A DNA stretch of 63,847 nucleotides, filler included, from Reticulomyxa filosa (lineage: Eukaryota; Protista; Foraminifera), in NCBI GenBank assembly GCA_000512085.1. It is 17 parts of 17 records of this genome, joined end to end, with 100 filler letters (N's around TTAATTAATTAA, not from the genome) between each part and the next. Parts side by side here need not be neighbours in the genome. Positions count along the whole stretch, not along the records: positions 23,018 to 44,092 come from ASPP01028422.1; positions 44,193 to 46,185 come from ASPP01001487.1; positions 46,286 to 49,493 come from ASPP01034905.1; positions 49,594 to 51,861 come from ASPP01009000.1; 13 more parts are not named here. One strand, given 5' to 3'. The number at the start of each line of letters is the position of its first letter. The stretch's first letter is position 1. Shown one piece after another: positions 37,401-50,115 of this stretch. A program made the translations under genes and the position numbers. The notes beneath the pieces are model-generated. The model saw only the letters and a program-made list of their open reading frames with translations. It searched no databases and was not told where the DNA came from.

Positions 37401-40400
37401 AAGACGAAATCAAAAATCCCGGCAACGTGGATACGTTATCACTAGGCTGCTCTTTTTTTAAGAGATATGAAAATATTATCGGCAGATTGTTGGTCATGGC
37501 TTGTACGAATATTTTGTTGGTGTTTTATGAAAATTGTTATTTCCAAGTTAATTCACTTGTATTTTAATGCAATCATAAGTATAACGAAAATTTGTACAAT
37601 GTACTTTAAAAAAAGGTGTTTTTTGATGCCGTTAAAAAAAATGATGACCATTTGGCGCAATTGTTTGTGGAAGTCATAAAAGATGAATCAATACTATCAA
37701 TTCCTCGCTTAAGAGAGGTAATGCAAAGATTAATGGGCGTTGAACCAGATCTACATGCGGTCAGTGTCCAATACAAGGCCATGTTCCCATGGAGCCACAT
37801 ATTTCACAATTGGTGCCACTCCAAGTTGGTCAATATTGTTGCCCACAATGCCACAACCGAAAAATTCAATACAATTAACAATGAAAAGGAGAACAAAAAT
37901 GAAAATAAAGAAGAAAATGGATATGAATATGACCAGGAAAAAGAAACTAAGATACAATTAGAAAGCCACTGCAAAATAATCCGAACTTTCAAGTTATTGA
38001 GAGCATCAATGAGTGGAAGTAGAAAAGCGTTCAATCTTTTGAATCGATGCAATGCCGAACATTGTCGATTGTATTTTAAGGATATCATTGCAGCTAAATA
38101 CAATTTGAATGAACACGACAAAGCTGAAGTCATTACAGACGTTATGTTCTCTATGATTTCTATGTACGATTGCAATGTGTCCATAGCGGTGATTGAATCT
38201 ATTTTATATTTTTTGCCAGATTTTTTTGCTAAGTATGTAAACTTATTGAAGCTCTGCGAAGACAATAGTATCGTTTTGGAATTGCATACGTTATTGGACA
38301 ATAAGAGTGAGAGTTCCAGATTAAGTGATTCCATTTGCTTGTTGCTGAAATATTTTATTTCCTTTTCATCTGGTTCGATCTTTGCTTTGTTTTTTCCTCA
38401 TAAAGGCTCTTCGTAATCTTTACTCTTGTTTTTGAATACGTGTCAACTTTTTTTTTTGCAGAGAATAATTGGCATGACGTTATCAGAAATTTGAAAGCAG
38501 TAGAAAATGCAATTCCAATAGTTCTACAATTTGCAACAGATTGTTATGGCAATAGCAAAGAATATAAGAAAATATTATCCATGTGTCGTCGAGCACAAAT
38601 CCAAATCCTTGGAGTGAAACATTTTGGGAAGCAAGTGATTGACCAAACAGATCTGAATAACGTGTTGTCTCGTGCCATGTCGTTCAGCCAACCGTCGTCC
38701 GATAATGACAAGACCACTATACCTAAAATTTTGGCTTGTGTGCTCAAGGAAGGAAATCTTGCTATGAACAAACGTCCTCATTATATTCGGGATATGTTAG
38801 CGATAGTGAGACACATTGAAAAACTTGACACTCCAGACAAACAAGAAATATATCGTTCTGTACTACTCGAGTTTTTTGATAATTCACAAGACTTGGTGTC
38901 AGATGCAAAAAATGAAAGCAACCAGATCCGTTTGCAAATTCTTGAAGAGTTGGTTCAAAATCAATGGGAAAATAAGACATTTGAGTTAGCTTCTCATGAA
39001 GCTGTGTTATTAAATCGCGTATTGGAACGTATTTATATAGATGTGCCAAATCTCAAGTACAATGGCCCAAACCAAACTATTGACGATGTGTCAAATTTGA
39101 AGGCAAAGTTGTTTCAATGCATTAATTCCATTCTGTCGATTACTAAAACACTTATAATATCACAAATGAAGGACAATCAAGAGTTAAATGTGGTAATGTG
39201 GCAAGCGTCTCAACTGTTAACGCATTTTAACCAAACAAACGAACGTTACCAACATAGTTTGCATATATGGTTTTTGAAGGAATTTTATGTTGCCAAGGGC
39301 ATAAATTGGACAAAAACGTTCTTTACAAACGAGGCAATATGTGCAAAGTATCCAGTATTTTCTCATCCACAAATGAGTGATGTATTTTCTGTATTGAAAT
39401 ATCAATCGCCTGATATCCTTCCTGCAGATCTGTTTATTAATATTTACGGAGATAAGTACGTCAAATTTAGAAATGAACTTTTGCAGGGAATTAAATCGGG
39501 TGATATAGATCCACAGTATAATGGAAATAAAAGTGATTTCATTTTATTGTTAGCTGCTGCTCTCTCTTTGCCTAATCTCTGTGATACTTTCAGCCCAAAT
39601 TTTGAAAGTAAGAGACTCTACAGTTTTTTCTCTCTTCCAGTAGTATACGTTGCAAATTTTTGGCGCACACACTACAAAAATAGAAGTAAGAGATTATTTG
39701 ATGCGGTGCAACGTTTTAAAATCCGACGTTGAACAGAATTTTGTTAAAGTGTTACTTAGTGAGAAACTCCCTTCAACTGCCTCTAGTTTGAGGTTGACCT
39801 GGAACACTGCTTCTGACAGTTTCATTCCAAGATTGTGTTTCCATTTTCTGGGAGTACTCCAAATTATGAACAGTTACGTTCCTTTTCTTTTTGAAACGAT
39901 TTGCACAATAATCTATCAATATTTCTCCCCTCTCCTCAAAAAAAAGAAAACCCATTCCGAGCATTGATTATAAATCCCAAAATATATGTAAATGGTCATC
40001 TTCCAACAATGCCAGAAAATTTGTTGATAAGCATGATTCGTGTGATGAAAAGCTCAGGACAAGACGGAGATAGTTTTACGGTTCGCTATTGTCCAAACAT
40101 GCATCCGTTCATCATCAGCAAATGTGGACATCCAACAGAGAAGGTAATCTGTGCAATGGATGGATGCGGCCAGGAAATTGGCAACACAACTCATAGAAAA
40201 GCAAGTACTGGATTGAAGCAATTAGAAATACCCAAAGGATATGTCTTAGATGGATCAGATGAAGAGTTATCAATAGGTGATTCATTTTGGAGGTATGAAG
40301 AAATGATAGAAGTAAGGAAAATCAATGAAGTGGCCTGTACGTTGATGCGCTTGTTAATACACTTGTCACTATTGATCAGAAATGCGGCCGTTGTAGGGGG

Positions 40401-42374
40401 ATGCAAGCAACTCCAAGAATTGTTGCACAAAAAAGATGCAACAGAAGTGACCAAGTTTTTGCAGAAACAAGCAATTGGATATTTTCGATTGTTAGGAAAA
40501 ATCACTAGCCTAAACGATGAACTTTTATCTGTGGCATTGCACCAAATATTGGATGGCTTGCCACAAACATTCAATGAGTGGTATCCAAATGGATTAAATG
40601 GAACAGATCTTACCACCACATATGAATTTGAAAAGAAATTTAATAGGGAGTACAATGGATTTTTTGGACAAATCCAAAGATTCAATGAAGTGAACAGTCG
40701 TAATAAAATAACTGTGAACGAAGACAAGGCTCTGAAAATGATCTCTGAAATTGAGGAAATAAGACAAGTTGATGAACTCTATCAAAAATATATTCCACAT
40801 TTATTTTTGACCATCCATAACGTAACATTTGATGACTTAGCTCAAAGGTTTAAAACAGAACCTTCACTGCAAAGTAAATACCCACTACTGTATTACCTGA
40901 TGAGCGCCAAAGATGAAATTTGGTGTGTGAGATATTTGCCTGTTATTGGGCAATGGATGAAACACGTATATTTTCACTATTCAAAACGAATTACACAACA
41001 AGGATGCCAAAAAAAGACTATTTCTCAAGCGCTTGAAGAGTGGAAGCAAAATGGATATGGAAGTGAAGTGGAGTCCTACCAAAAATTATGGAGTGGCTTC
41101 AAAACCTGTTGGAACACATTGGCAAATCAAAAAGTGAACAATGGCTGTAAATCATTTGTTATTCCAAAATTACATGACGACAATACAACTAGTTTGGAGT
41201 TTTCCACTGCACGAAATAATGAAAATGGATTGATTATTGTAAAAATCATTGAACTGTTACAAGATACACACAATGCATTTTTAGAACGTGTATTGCTGGG
41301 GCCTGAAAAGTATGCAGATAATGAAGAAAAATATGGAAGAGATAACGAAGAGAAATATGATATAAAGAATGGTGACAATAAACAGGTACAAGAGATTATG
41401 GGCGAGAATAAGTCTCTGTTTCACATTCACGAAAATGATGTCATATGTTTGGACAAAGATCAAGTGACCGAAATTATTCGCCAGTGGAGCCTTCCCTCAT
41501 TAGAATATGGAGCCATTAATCAAACTCGAAACAACGTTTTGGATTTAAGTGCCATTGAAAATGAAATTTTTTATCGATTTATTAAAAACCGCCAAATCTT
41601 GGAAATTAGTATCCCTTCCCTTCAGTTTTCCAATCAATTAAACATTAAAAATTGTGTGGAAATTATCGAGGAAAACAACAAAGAGCTTAAAAAAGAGCCA
41701 AAAGATCAACCGTTATTGAAGAATGTTGTTTCTTCGTTGAAATCACAAAGTGAAATGCAAAGGGCTTTGGAAATATTGAATGAAGTCATTGTCTTTGTTT
41801 CTCAAAATATCAAGATCATTAACTTGTTAAGTCGCAAACAAATAAAATTGCTCTTATTTCTTAATGTTCAATGCTTTTTATACATAGAGATAATCGCTTC
41901 GTGGAATTGCTTGAACAAATGTCGTTTGATGAGAAAAATTGCAAACTGTTTATGGTGAATTCGGAAGAACAAAAAGATTTCATATTGTGCAGGCATATGT
42001 GTAATTTATGGAGACTTTTAAACAATGCCGTGCAATTAGAGTTTGTTAATCAAAGTACAATTGACAATTATGTTTTGGACATTTACAAAGTCCCCTTGAC
42101 AGAATCATTGAAACAAGAACTTGAAGTAATGGTAAAAAAGACACCTTTGGGAACAATAAAGGAAATTTTAGACGCTTGGAGAGAGGTTGTGCAAAGAGAA
42201 GGAGAAAACATGAGAGATTTGGACAAGAAAGAACCTTTCAGGAGCTGGTTGGATAATATCGTATTTTTTGACAACGAGTTGGAATTATTTCCAAAAGAAT
42301 CACTTACTTGGGAGTACTGTGCTGCTGGTTATGCCTTTCTCCACGAGCTATTCAAACGCACCTCAGGCAATTGA
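25480..42374 (+). CDS. Giant RNF213/mysterin-like AAA+ ATPase-E3 ligase with RZ finger (~5,000+ aa, many short introns)
   Basis: RNF213-type motifs in the expected order: SDEIGMGKSF, YHLDIS, YVLTYDNILKM, IILMGETGCGKT, VHGG, FLDEINT, IAACNPYR, YVYRVHPL, VSLRDVSR, LKENLF, LVGKPGTSKTLS, LLDEIGLAEHSKHSPLKILHQLLE, FVGISNWPLDAAKMNR, FFGARDFYSLI, LYDMLNQRY, YCRVALGS, FLNRFEKQ. RZ finger CPNMHPFIISKCGHPTEKVICAMDGCGQEIGNTTH at 40090-40194. ORF breaks coincide with GT..AG introns or homopolymer indels. Joining the 5'-most exons to the rest is inferred. Confidence 0.9.
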
Positions 42375-43362
42375 CATGTTATACTTTTGTTCAAGTAATT
42401 TTGTTCATTCCGCTTTTGTGGATAAAATGAGATTAGTTTTGTTAATAAGATTGATAAATTTTTTAATTCATCACGTTTTTTCTCAATGTATCGTTCATAT
42501 GTACGAACATATCCAAACTTATTCCATTTTTCTTATTCATTACTTAAAAGTATTTGTGCTTCATACTATCAGACTTCTCAAAAGAGTTTGAGATCCTTCA
42601 AGCCATAAAAAGTGAAGGCATAAATCGTCGAATGTATTGTTTATTTAAAAAGTTCTCATTTCGCTATCTTTTAATTGTAAAGGAAGTTGAGTTTTTGAAG
42701 CTGCATTTAGTGGCTTTGGTCGTACCTGTGGTAATATAAAAATATTAACAGAAACAATGCATTTTAAGGCAAAAGTATAAATAATTTAGCGAAAGTGATT
42801 GCAACGGCAATTAAGTTATTTGTTTTTGATTTTTTTCTAAATGATACATCCCATCTCTTTGACTTGCACAAAATGTAACACGAAAATGTTGCTCTATGAG
42901 CGGTTTTTCAATAAGAAACAAGTTAATTAAATCAAAGAATAAAATGAAAAAGACAACAAAACAAGAAGAAACGAGAGAAAGTGATAAGTTGGTAGAAAAA
43001 TTTTGGAAAAAAGGGATTTCAAGATGCACTTGAGCCTTGTCCTACAAAAGGCTAATTAGGGAAAATACTTATAAAGTAGTTTGATAGTGTTCTCACTTTT
43101 TAAATTACTCCAGATTAGTTGTTTTATAAAAAATTTGAAAACGTCCAAAAATTTTTACCATAAATTACTTTTAAATGAATAGCCGATGGTGTGAAAAAAG
43201 TATTGCTCTGTTCAAAAATGATATCACTTTGCCAAAGATGTGTTTTATTTAAGTTGTTTTGAATTTTTAATAGTTATCTATATCTTGAAAAAAAATTTTT
43301 CAGTATTAATAATGACGTATGCTGAAGATTTTAATTTAACGGCAAACCAAGTCTATCAAATG

Positions 43363-44050
43363 CTATTTTTTTTGTAAATTTTTATGGAAAAACTGAATGA
43401 GCCCTCTTTTGCCGTTATGCCTCCAATGTTCGTCTGTTTTGTCCAATTGAACAGCCGTTTCTTCAGGTACTCCAATGACAGCATCCTAACCAATTCATTA
43501 AAACAAATTTTTTGGAGTGTACAAGTAAAGAGATGGATAATAAACATAGCAAGACAAACCGATTTCATTGTCCTCAATAAGACAAAGCTGGTAGGAAAAT
43601 AATCGACAACATCTTTTAAAGGAGTAGATGGCTTCCATTTTCGGCACGAAACAACCTTAATTAGCATTTGATGATAAGATAGTTTTTGAAGGAGAAAAAT
43701 GAATAGATATATACACATATATATGTTATATAAGATGATGATAAAAGCAAACTCTTCGATAGTTGGCATCGCCTTTAATAAAGGTCAAAGCATCCTTTTG
43801 AAAGAGTTGATAGCAGAGAAGGCCAGTTTCGCAAGTAGTCATTTGATTGAACATGAGCGCAGTGTTCCAGAAATGTGACTCGACAACCTCAATCAAATGA
43901 GCACTCAAATAATGGCTAATTCGGTCATAAAACTCTTTCAGCTCCGAATGGCGGGAGGTTTGAATAAACAAATGACCGACATGAAGATCTACATCTTCCC
44001 TTGTCACATCTGAAACATAGGTTGGATACAACTTCACATGCAAGTATATC
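43363..44050 (-). CDS. ARMT1-like (DUF89) damage-control phosphatase, 3' part
   Basis: HVKLYPTYVSDVT, HFWNT, FIKGDANYRR, LLRTMKS|DAVIGV and HWRHNGKRGLIQF match the DUF89 motifs (FVSD, KGDxNYR, LRTLKS, WxxxGxxGxIQF). Confidence 0.88.
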
Positions 44051-45017
44051 TGTTATTATTATTATTATTATTAATTTTCATTTTTTTTTTTTNNNNNNNN
44101 NNNNNNNNNNNNNNNNNNNNNNNNNNNNNNNNNNNNTTAATTAATTAANNNNNNNNNNNNNNNNNNNNNNNNNNNNNNNNNNNNNNNNNNNNATCGAAAG
44201 GGCATACTAATTCTGATGTCATATTCACAAATAATGTGGAAAACAAAGTAAAGATGATATAATGAATAGCAAGTGCGTGGTTCAAAAGCTTTTGTTACTG
44301 ATTCGGCAAAATGTGAATAGTACATTGATATATCATTGTATGAAAAGGAAATACTATTGATTAAATGTTATATACAATAATAGTATTTATATATATTAAA
44401 TATTAAGTATGTAAATATATATTGTATGAACATTGCATATAAAAAAAATCATTTTTTGATTTATGACAAAAAAACACAAAGTGAGTCAATTGAACTATAA
44501 TATAAAACTTAAGTGACAAAGCAACTCCAGTTTCATGTAATGAGCTTATATTGAATTGTATTCATCTTAGAAGAATTTTGATTAAAGATTCAGATTCCCA
44601 ACGATCTCTAGTATATATAAATAAAAAAATCGTAATTGAATTTTATTGACTCTATGATGTCGAAAATGATATGTAAATTGCCAACAAAGATTTACTTTTT
44701 TGTTCGTTGAATTTTTTCCACTTGATTTATTACTTTCTTTATCTTCAGCAAAGCAAAAATATAAGACTTTACCAAGATAATTTGTTTTGTCTTAAAACAA
44801 GAGAAAATGCTGTCGTATACAAGAATTTACACTGATAGAAGACAAAAACGTTAAGTTTAAATGTGCACCAGCAAATGATCTGGATTAGACTATTCTGTGA
44901 CAAAGGTCAATGCAATGATCAATGCGATCTCGCTTGTTTCGACCGCTTTGTCATATCGAAAGTCGAGTTGCCATCAGTTCCCTTGTGAATGCAGTCATTA
45001 AGAGTTAAAATATCAGC

Positions 45018-46185
45018 TCAAACGTGATTGAACCACTTATTCTTATGAGTATAAAGACTCGATTCACAGTTGGTATTGAAAGCGACGCAATGATCAATAA
45101 ATGCGTATTGATTATAGCCTTTGACAACATCATTGAAGTACTTATTGTGGTCGATGATTTCGGCGAGATGATGTAAGCTCGGATTGATCCAGCCGAGACA
45201 TATTTTGCCATTGGCAATGCAAGCACCATTGATTAGTGCAAACATAGAAGTGACGACAGGACGTGCCGCCAGGTGGTATACATATTTCCGCGATTGACAA
45301 TCAAGTAGTTTTGCGCTTGCGCACTGAGATCAGGATACGCACGTCCTTGCGCATTGAAGCGATGAATGGCGAGCGTTTGGAGTTTTGTTCCAAGTATTGA
45401 CTGACGGCATGTTTCTGTTGGTCAAAGGAATCAAAGAATAAGCTGAAGCCACCTCCAGAGCTTCCCTACGCAGTCTCTTGAGTGGACAAAGCATTATTGG
45501 CAACAGTTTTGCCACCTGTGGTCCCACCAACGGCGGTGACATAAGGCGACATTGCTGGGAACGACGGTACTTATTTGCCCTCGTCATCCAATCGGTAGTC
45601 ACTGCTTAGCGTCCCTGAGTCTCCCAATCTTGCAAAGAACGTGACGCCAGTAGCGGTTACTTTGGCAAATTCGGTATTTGCACGATTGCAATACTCTTCA
45701 CCGACAGTCTGTTCGTCGCCTCCATACGATATGGACACTACACTATAAGTCCACGACGATGATGATGATCGAGTAGTGATAAAAAGTATGTATCGTCTTC
45801 CGTGTCCCATACGATCGTGTTTAATGATTGGATAATGGAGGTCATATATTGCACATCCAATGTCGCTTTTCCTTCGTACGAGTCTGGCTGAGTCTCGGGA
45901 TATCGTACCACGTTGGTCTTCTCTTCTTCACACCAAACTCGGTCCAAAAACTTTGCAAATATTTGTCGTCGTACCACTCTTCCAGAAACGAAGTAACTAT
46001 TTTTGTTGTTGTTGAGGGGTATAATATATGTTGACATTGCTATCCATCATGCGATAAAGCTTCCACAACACAACATCTCCGGATATACGTATACTTCATA
46101 ATTCCAATTTCTTTGAATGGCAGCCATTTGCACAAACTTGCCGTGTTTGGTCACTAGAAAACGCAATGTCGGCGACACAAAGTCG
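45018..46185 (-). pseudogene. Sedolisin/tripeptidyl-peptidase I (S53) pseudogene
   Basis: GKATLDVQY (catalytic Glu replaced by Lys), SISYGGDEQ, GVTFFARLGDSG, VTAVGGT, SGGGFS, GRAYPDLSA, GGTS, LGWINPSL and FNDVVKGYN are spread over several frames with stops. Confidence 0.85.
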
Positions 46186-46285
46186 NNNNNNNNNNNNNNN
46201 NNNNNNNNNNNNNNNNNNNNNNNNNNNNNTTAATTAATTAANNNNNNNNNNNNNNNNNNNNNNNNNNNNNNNNNNNNNNNNNNNN

Positions 46286-47734
46286 TTCCATCACTTGTCA
46301 CTAGAATATTTCTTTCCGTTCCACGTCCATAAATTATTATTATCATATTTGTTAGTATTTTTATGAAGTTTATGACTTACAACTAATTCAGCTAAGAATG
46401 ATTGCACGTCTGTTTTTGTCATTTGTGGAGATTTATTGCATTCAAATTCATAATTCAATTCTTTTTTAATTGTTTAAAATTTTTTACATCTTCTTCCACA
46501 TTTAGAAGATCAGGCCATTTTGTGCTATCATTATATTCACTAATTGCAATCATCATTACCAACGCATTTTTAATTGTTTTCGTTTTTGGTAGATATTGTA
46601 GCCAAGGTATTTTAAATGTTGATTTATTACTTTCAAATTCTAAAACTTCATCTGATTCAATAATATTTTCTTTTTGTTCTTCTTTATTGTCATTCATTTG
46701 TTTATTTTTTTCTTCAAATTTTTTTTGTTGTTCAATTATTTGTTTTTCTTTCACTTGCATTTCTTGTTTTATTTTTTGAATTTCATTATCTTTTGATTTA
46801 ATAATTTTTCCATCTCAATTAATGTTATTTTCTGTTTAATTATTATTTTCTTGTTTTTGATGTTTTCAATAGATACAAAATAAAAACAAAAACATAACAA
46901 ACCTGATCAGAGTTAAATTGTGGATTGTCTTCTTGATATCGATCCAATTTTTGTTTCAACTGTTCAATCTCTTCATCTTTTTTACCTTTCAATTACAACT
47001 CCACTTTGAGTCTTTTATTTTCCTCCTATTTATATTTTTTTCAAGATTGGCATACATTGTTTTTTGTTAAAATTATCAATAAATAATGGTACCTGATGTT
47101 GTTGAATAGTTTGTTGCAATGTATCAAATGAGCTTATAACTAAATCAAAGTGCAATTTTATATTTGATGTCAAATGGTCATGAATCGCAGATTTCAAACA
47201 TGAATGATTGCACCCAAATGACGCAAACCAACATTTGACCATTTGTAGACAACAAGAATGTTCCAAATGATCATTCACATGTCTCACTTTTCCTTTGAAA
47301 TTACAACTCACAAATCCAGGCATTTCTCCTTCTTTATCTCCTTGTTGTATTGTCATATGTGGCTGTTGTTCTTGTTCTTGTTGAAATTGTCGTGGACATA
47401 TCACATCCAATTCGCTAATGTATCGCTTTATCAATCGACTTTGAGAATACGAACAGCTGTCATGAGGTTCGACTGGACAAGAATTTGGGTTTTGACTAAG
47501 AAATTGCTTCAAGCAATTATCTCCAACAATCAATGATTCATCCATATTTTCGTGTTGAGTACAATTGATTTCCAATGGATTGTTGGAGACTTGCTTGCAA
47601 ATCAAACAAATAAAATCTTGAATGTCTTCCTGCTGGTTCGATCGTAAAACCCAATTTTTGTCAAAGCAAGACTGTTGAGGAGGAATTGACTTCAAGTTCA
47701 GTTTCATATTGTCTTTGCTTTTCTCTTCTTCCAT
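46286..47734 (-). CDS. RING-like/TRAF-type Zn-finger + coiled coil + degenerate caspase-like (C14) domain; possibly a pseudogene
   Basis: FICLICKQV...C..H...CL...CP, then [16 protein letters not shown]...[12 protein letters not shown]....HDHL, a coiled coil, and [12 protein letters not shown]...[14 protein letters not shown]...ELNYEF...KYD..IIIYGRG...LVTSDG (frameshifted). Confidence 0.7.
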
Positions 47735-49593
47735 CTTATTCAGTTCCTTTCTTTTGGTTCTTTGGTTTCTTGTAGATGAATTTATTATGGAGTTTTTTTT
47801 TGAAGTTTTCTTGAACTAGGGGAAGTTTTGTTGGGTCGACTCTAATTTTTTTTAAAAAAGAAAAATCGCACTACTTGAAAAAAATTTCATGTTACAAAGT
47901 TGTTTTTACTTTAAAAATTAGAAGGATAATATATTCTAAATGCTGAAACCATGTGAGAAGTAGATAAAACATTTATTGTTAAAGATGAGACTTTATTTGT
48001 AAAATTTCACACAAAAAACGAATGTAACATATTTGCCTTTATTTAAATGGTTTGTCTTTTTTACTTGGTTGTTCCCTACAAAAAGGGGAAGCTTTAGGAC
48101 TTTTCAATTCAAGTTCAATTGCAAAAAAAGGATTAAAAGTAAAAAAACTTGCTACCTTGAGAAATATATAAAAATTGATTTTGTGATTACAATAAACATT
48201 TATTTCATTAGAAAATTAAATGCATATAACTATTTAATATCTAAAGATGTTTTTAATGTTTTTTCAATATTTTAAAATAATAATAAACATAATATTCAAG
48301 TATTTCATGTAACTCAATAATACTCTGAAGTTAGATTGAAGATGAATGATTTAATTATTTTTTTTAGAAATAATGGTTTTGCAAAGTTGCACAAATAGAT
48401 TTAAAGGATATATTTTTCTTTTTTGTGGTTATCATATACATCACCAAACAATGGGCAAAATCCATGAATTATTTGATCAATGTAAATAAATAATGTTCAG
48501 AAATAAGCACATTCAAGACATATTTTTAAAGAGTTGAGTAACTAATTCTAAAAGAATTGTATGCAAAACTAATGTTAAAAAAAGATTTGAAGTTGTTATG
48601 AAATGATTTTAGTTGATTTATTTGAAATATTAACAAAGTGTTCTAAAAAGGGGTAGCTCCATTTATTTTCTTAAGTTAAAGGAGTAAAACGCTGCCTTTG
48701 CGCCAACTTAGACAAGTTAAAAGATAAGGTAATTTTTAGAACAAATTGAAGAATAATCCAAGCTGCGTTAAAAAAAACATTGACTTACAGAAGTGAAAGA
48801 GCACTAACGTTACCTTTGATATCATCTACAAGAGTAGCATAACGAGAACAACTTCACTAAATAAAATAAATATATTTTTTCCAAAAAATAAATCTAAGAA
48901 TGTGATGATAAGAAATTCAAATCAGAGATGCCAACAACATGTTGATCTGCTAGCAAACTGGGCTTTGTTGGTTGTGATTTGAAAGTTTTTTTCAGCATGT
49001 GTCGCTACGGTTGTAATTGTGATTATGAATTGTTTATAATTAATGAATGTAAAATAAAATTAAAGCCCATTAGACTGTGTAAAAACAGAAAACAAATAAT
49101 TATTACCTTTTACATTGATCATTACAAAAACATTGCATTACGATGGACAACACCATTTCTAACAAAGAAAGCAACCATATTTATGGAGATAACTGGACAT
49201 ATTTTTGTTTTTATTTTTTACATCGGTACACCTCATTATCTTGTGTTAACTGGAGAGTAACAATGTAAATGTAAGAATAAATAACTAATACAAAAGGTAT
49301 GATATACCAACATTTACTTTTCATCCATTTAAAAAATAAGCAAATATTTAATTCAAAAATCGAGGATAAAGAAAATGCTGTCATTAGCCCTTTCTTCACA
49401 GGATATTTTAAAACATAACTTAAGATAAACAAATAAAAATTTAACATTGAACATATTATTACTTTAACTCACATTCAAAGACTGTTTTTTTTTNNNNNNN
49501 NNNNNNNNNNNNNNNNNNNNNNNNNNNNNNNNNNNNNTTAATTAATTAANNNNNNNNNNNNNNNNNNNNNNNNNNNNNNNNNNNNNNNNNNNN

Positions 49594-50115
49594 AAATATT
49601 ATCAACACTAATTAATGCAATAGGTATTGCAAATCCTTTTATATTATAATTCATTTAACATCCTTGTGCTATTAAAAATGTTGGTAATGAACAAGTTACC
49701 ATATAATATGATATTTGATATAATGCAAATGGGAATACTTTATATATTTGTTTTGCTTCTTCTACTGTTTCATTATCAAATGTACCACCATTTTCTTTTT
49801 TTGATTTATCTAACAAATGTTTTATTGATTCTTTTTTTGCTATTTCTACATCATCATTACCATTATCTTCTTCTATTTGTACTGTGTCTACGATTCCAGC
49901 ATAAAATTGATTACGCCAAAATAAAAATAATGCTAATTATAATAAACAAATAAATAAATAATTATTTTAATTTTTAAAAATAAATAAATAAATATGTATA
50001 TAATAACCTGAAAAAACAAATAAAGTAAGTACTGTCCAATACCAAATGCAATATCTTGACATAAGTAAGCAATAAATGTATATAATGTTGGCAATAACTT
50101 TACGTTAGTATCATA
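49594..50115 (-). pseudogene. POT/PTR oligopeptide transporter fragment, pseudogene
   Basis: Minus strand: IAYLCQDIAFGIG...LLDKSKKENGGTFDNETVE.AKQIYKVFPF...FLIAQGC*MNYNIKGFAIPIAL, matching PTR2-type LDKA...VExVK...QGxxM...IP motifs, with a stop and frameshifts. Confidence 0.65.

Noticed and set aside
49660-49680. TAA at an expected Gln position (QGC*MN), suggesting a ciliate-like genetic code
   Set aside because: Intact genes here (cytochrome b5, HECT, PLK) end in TAA, and long exons contain no in-frame TAA/TAG. A CAA->TAA change in a pseudogene explains it.
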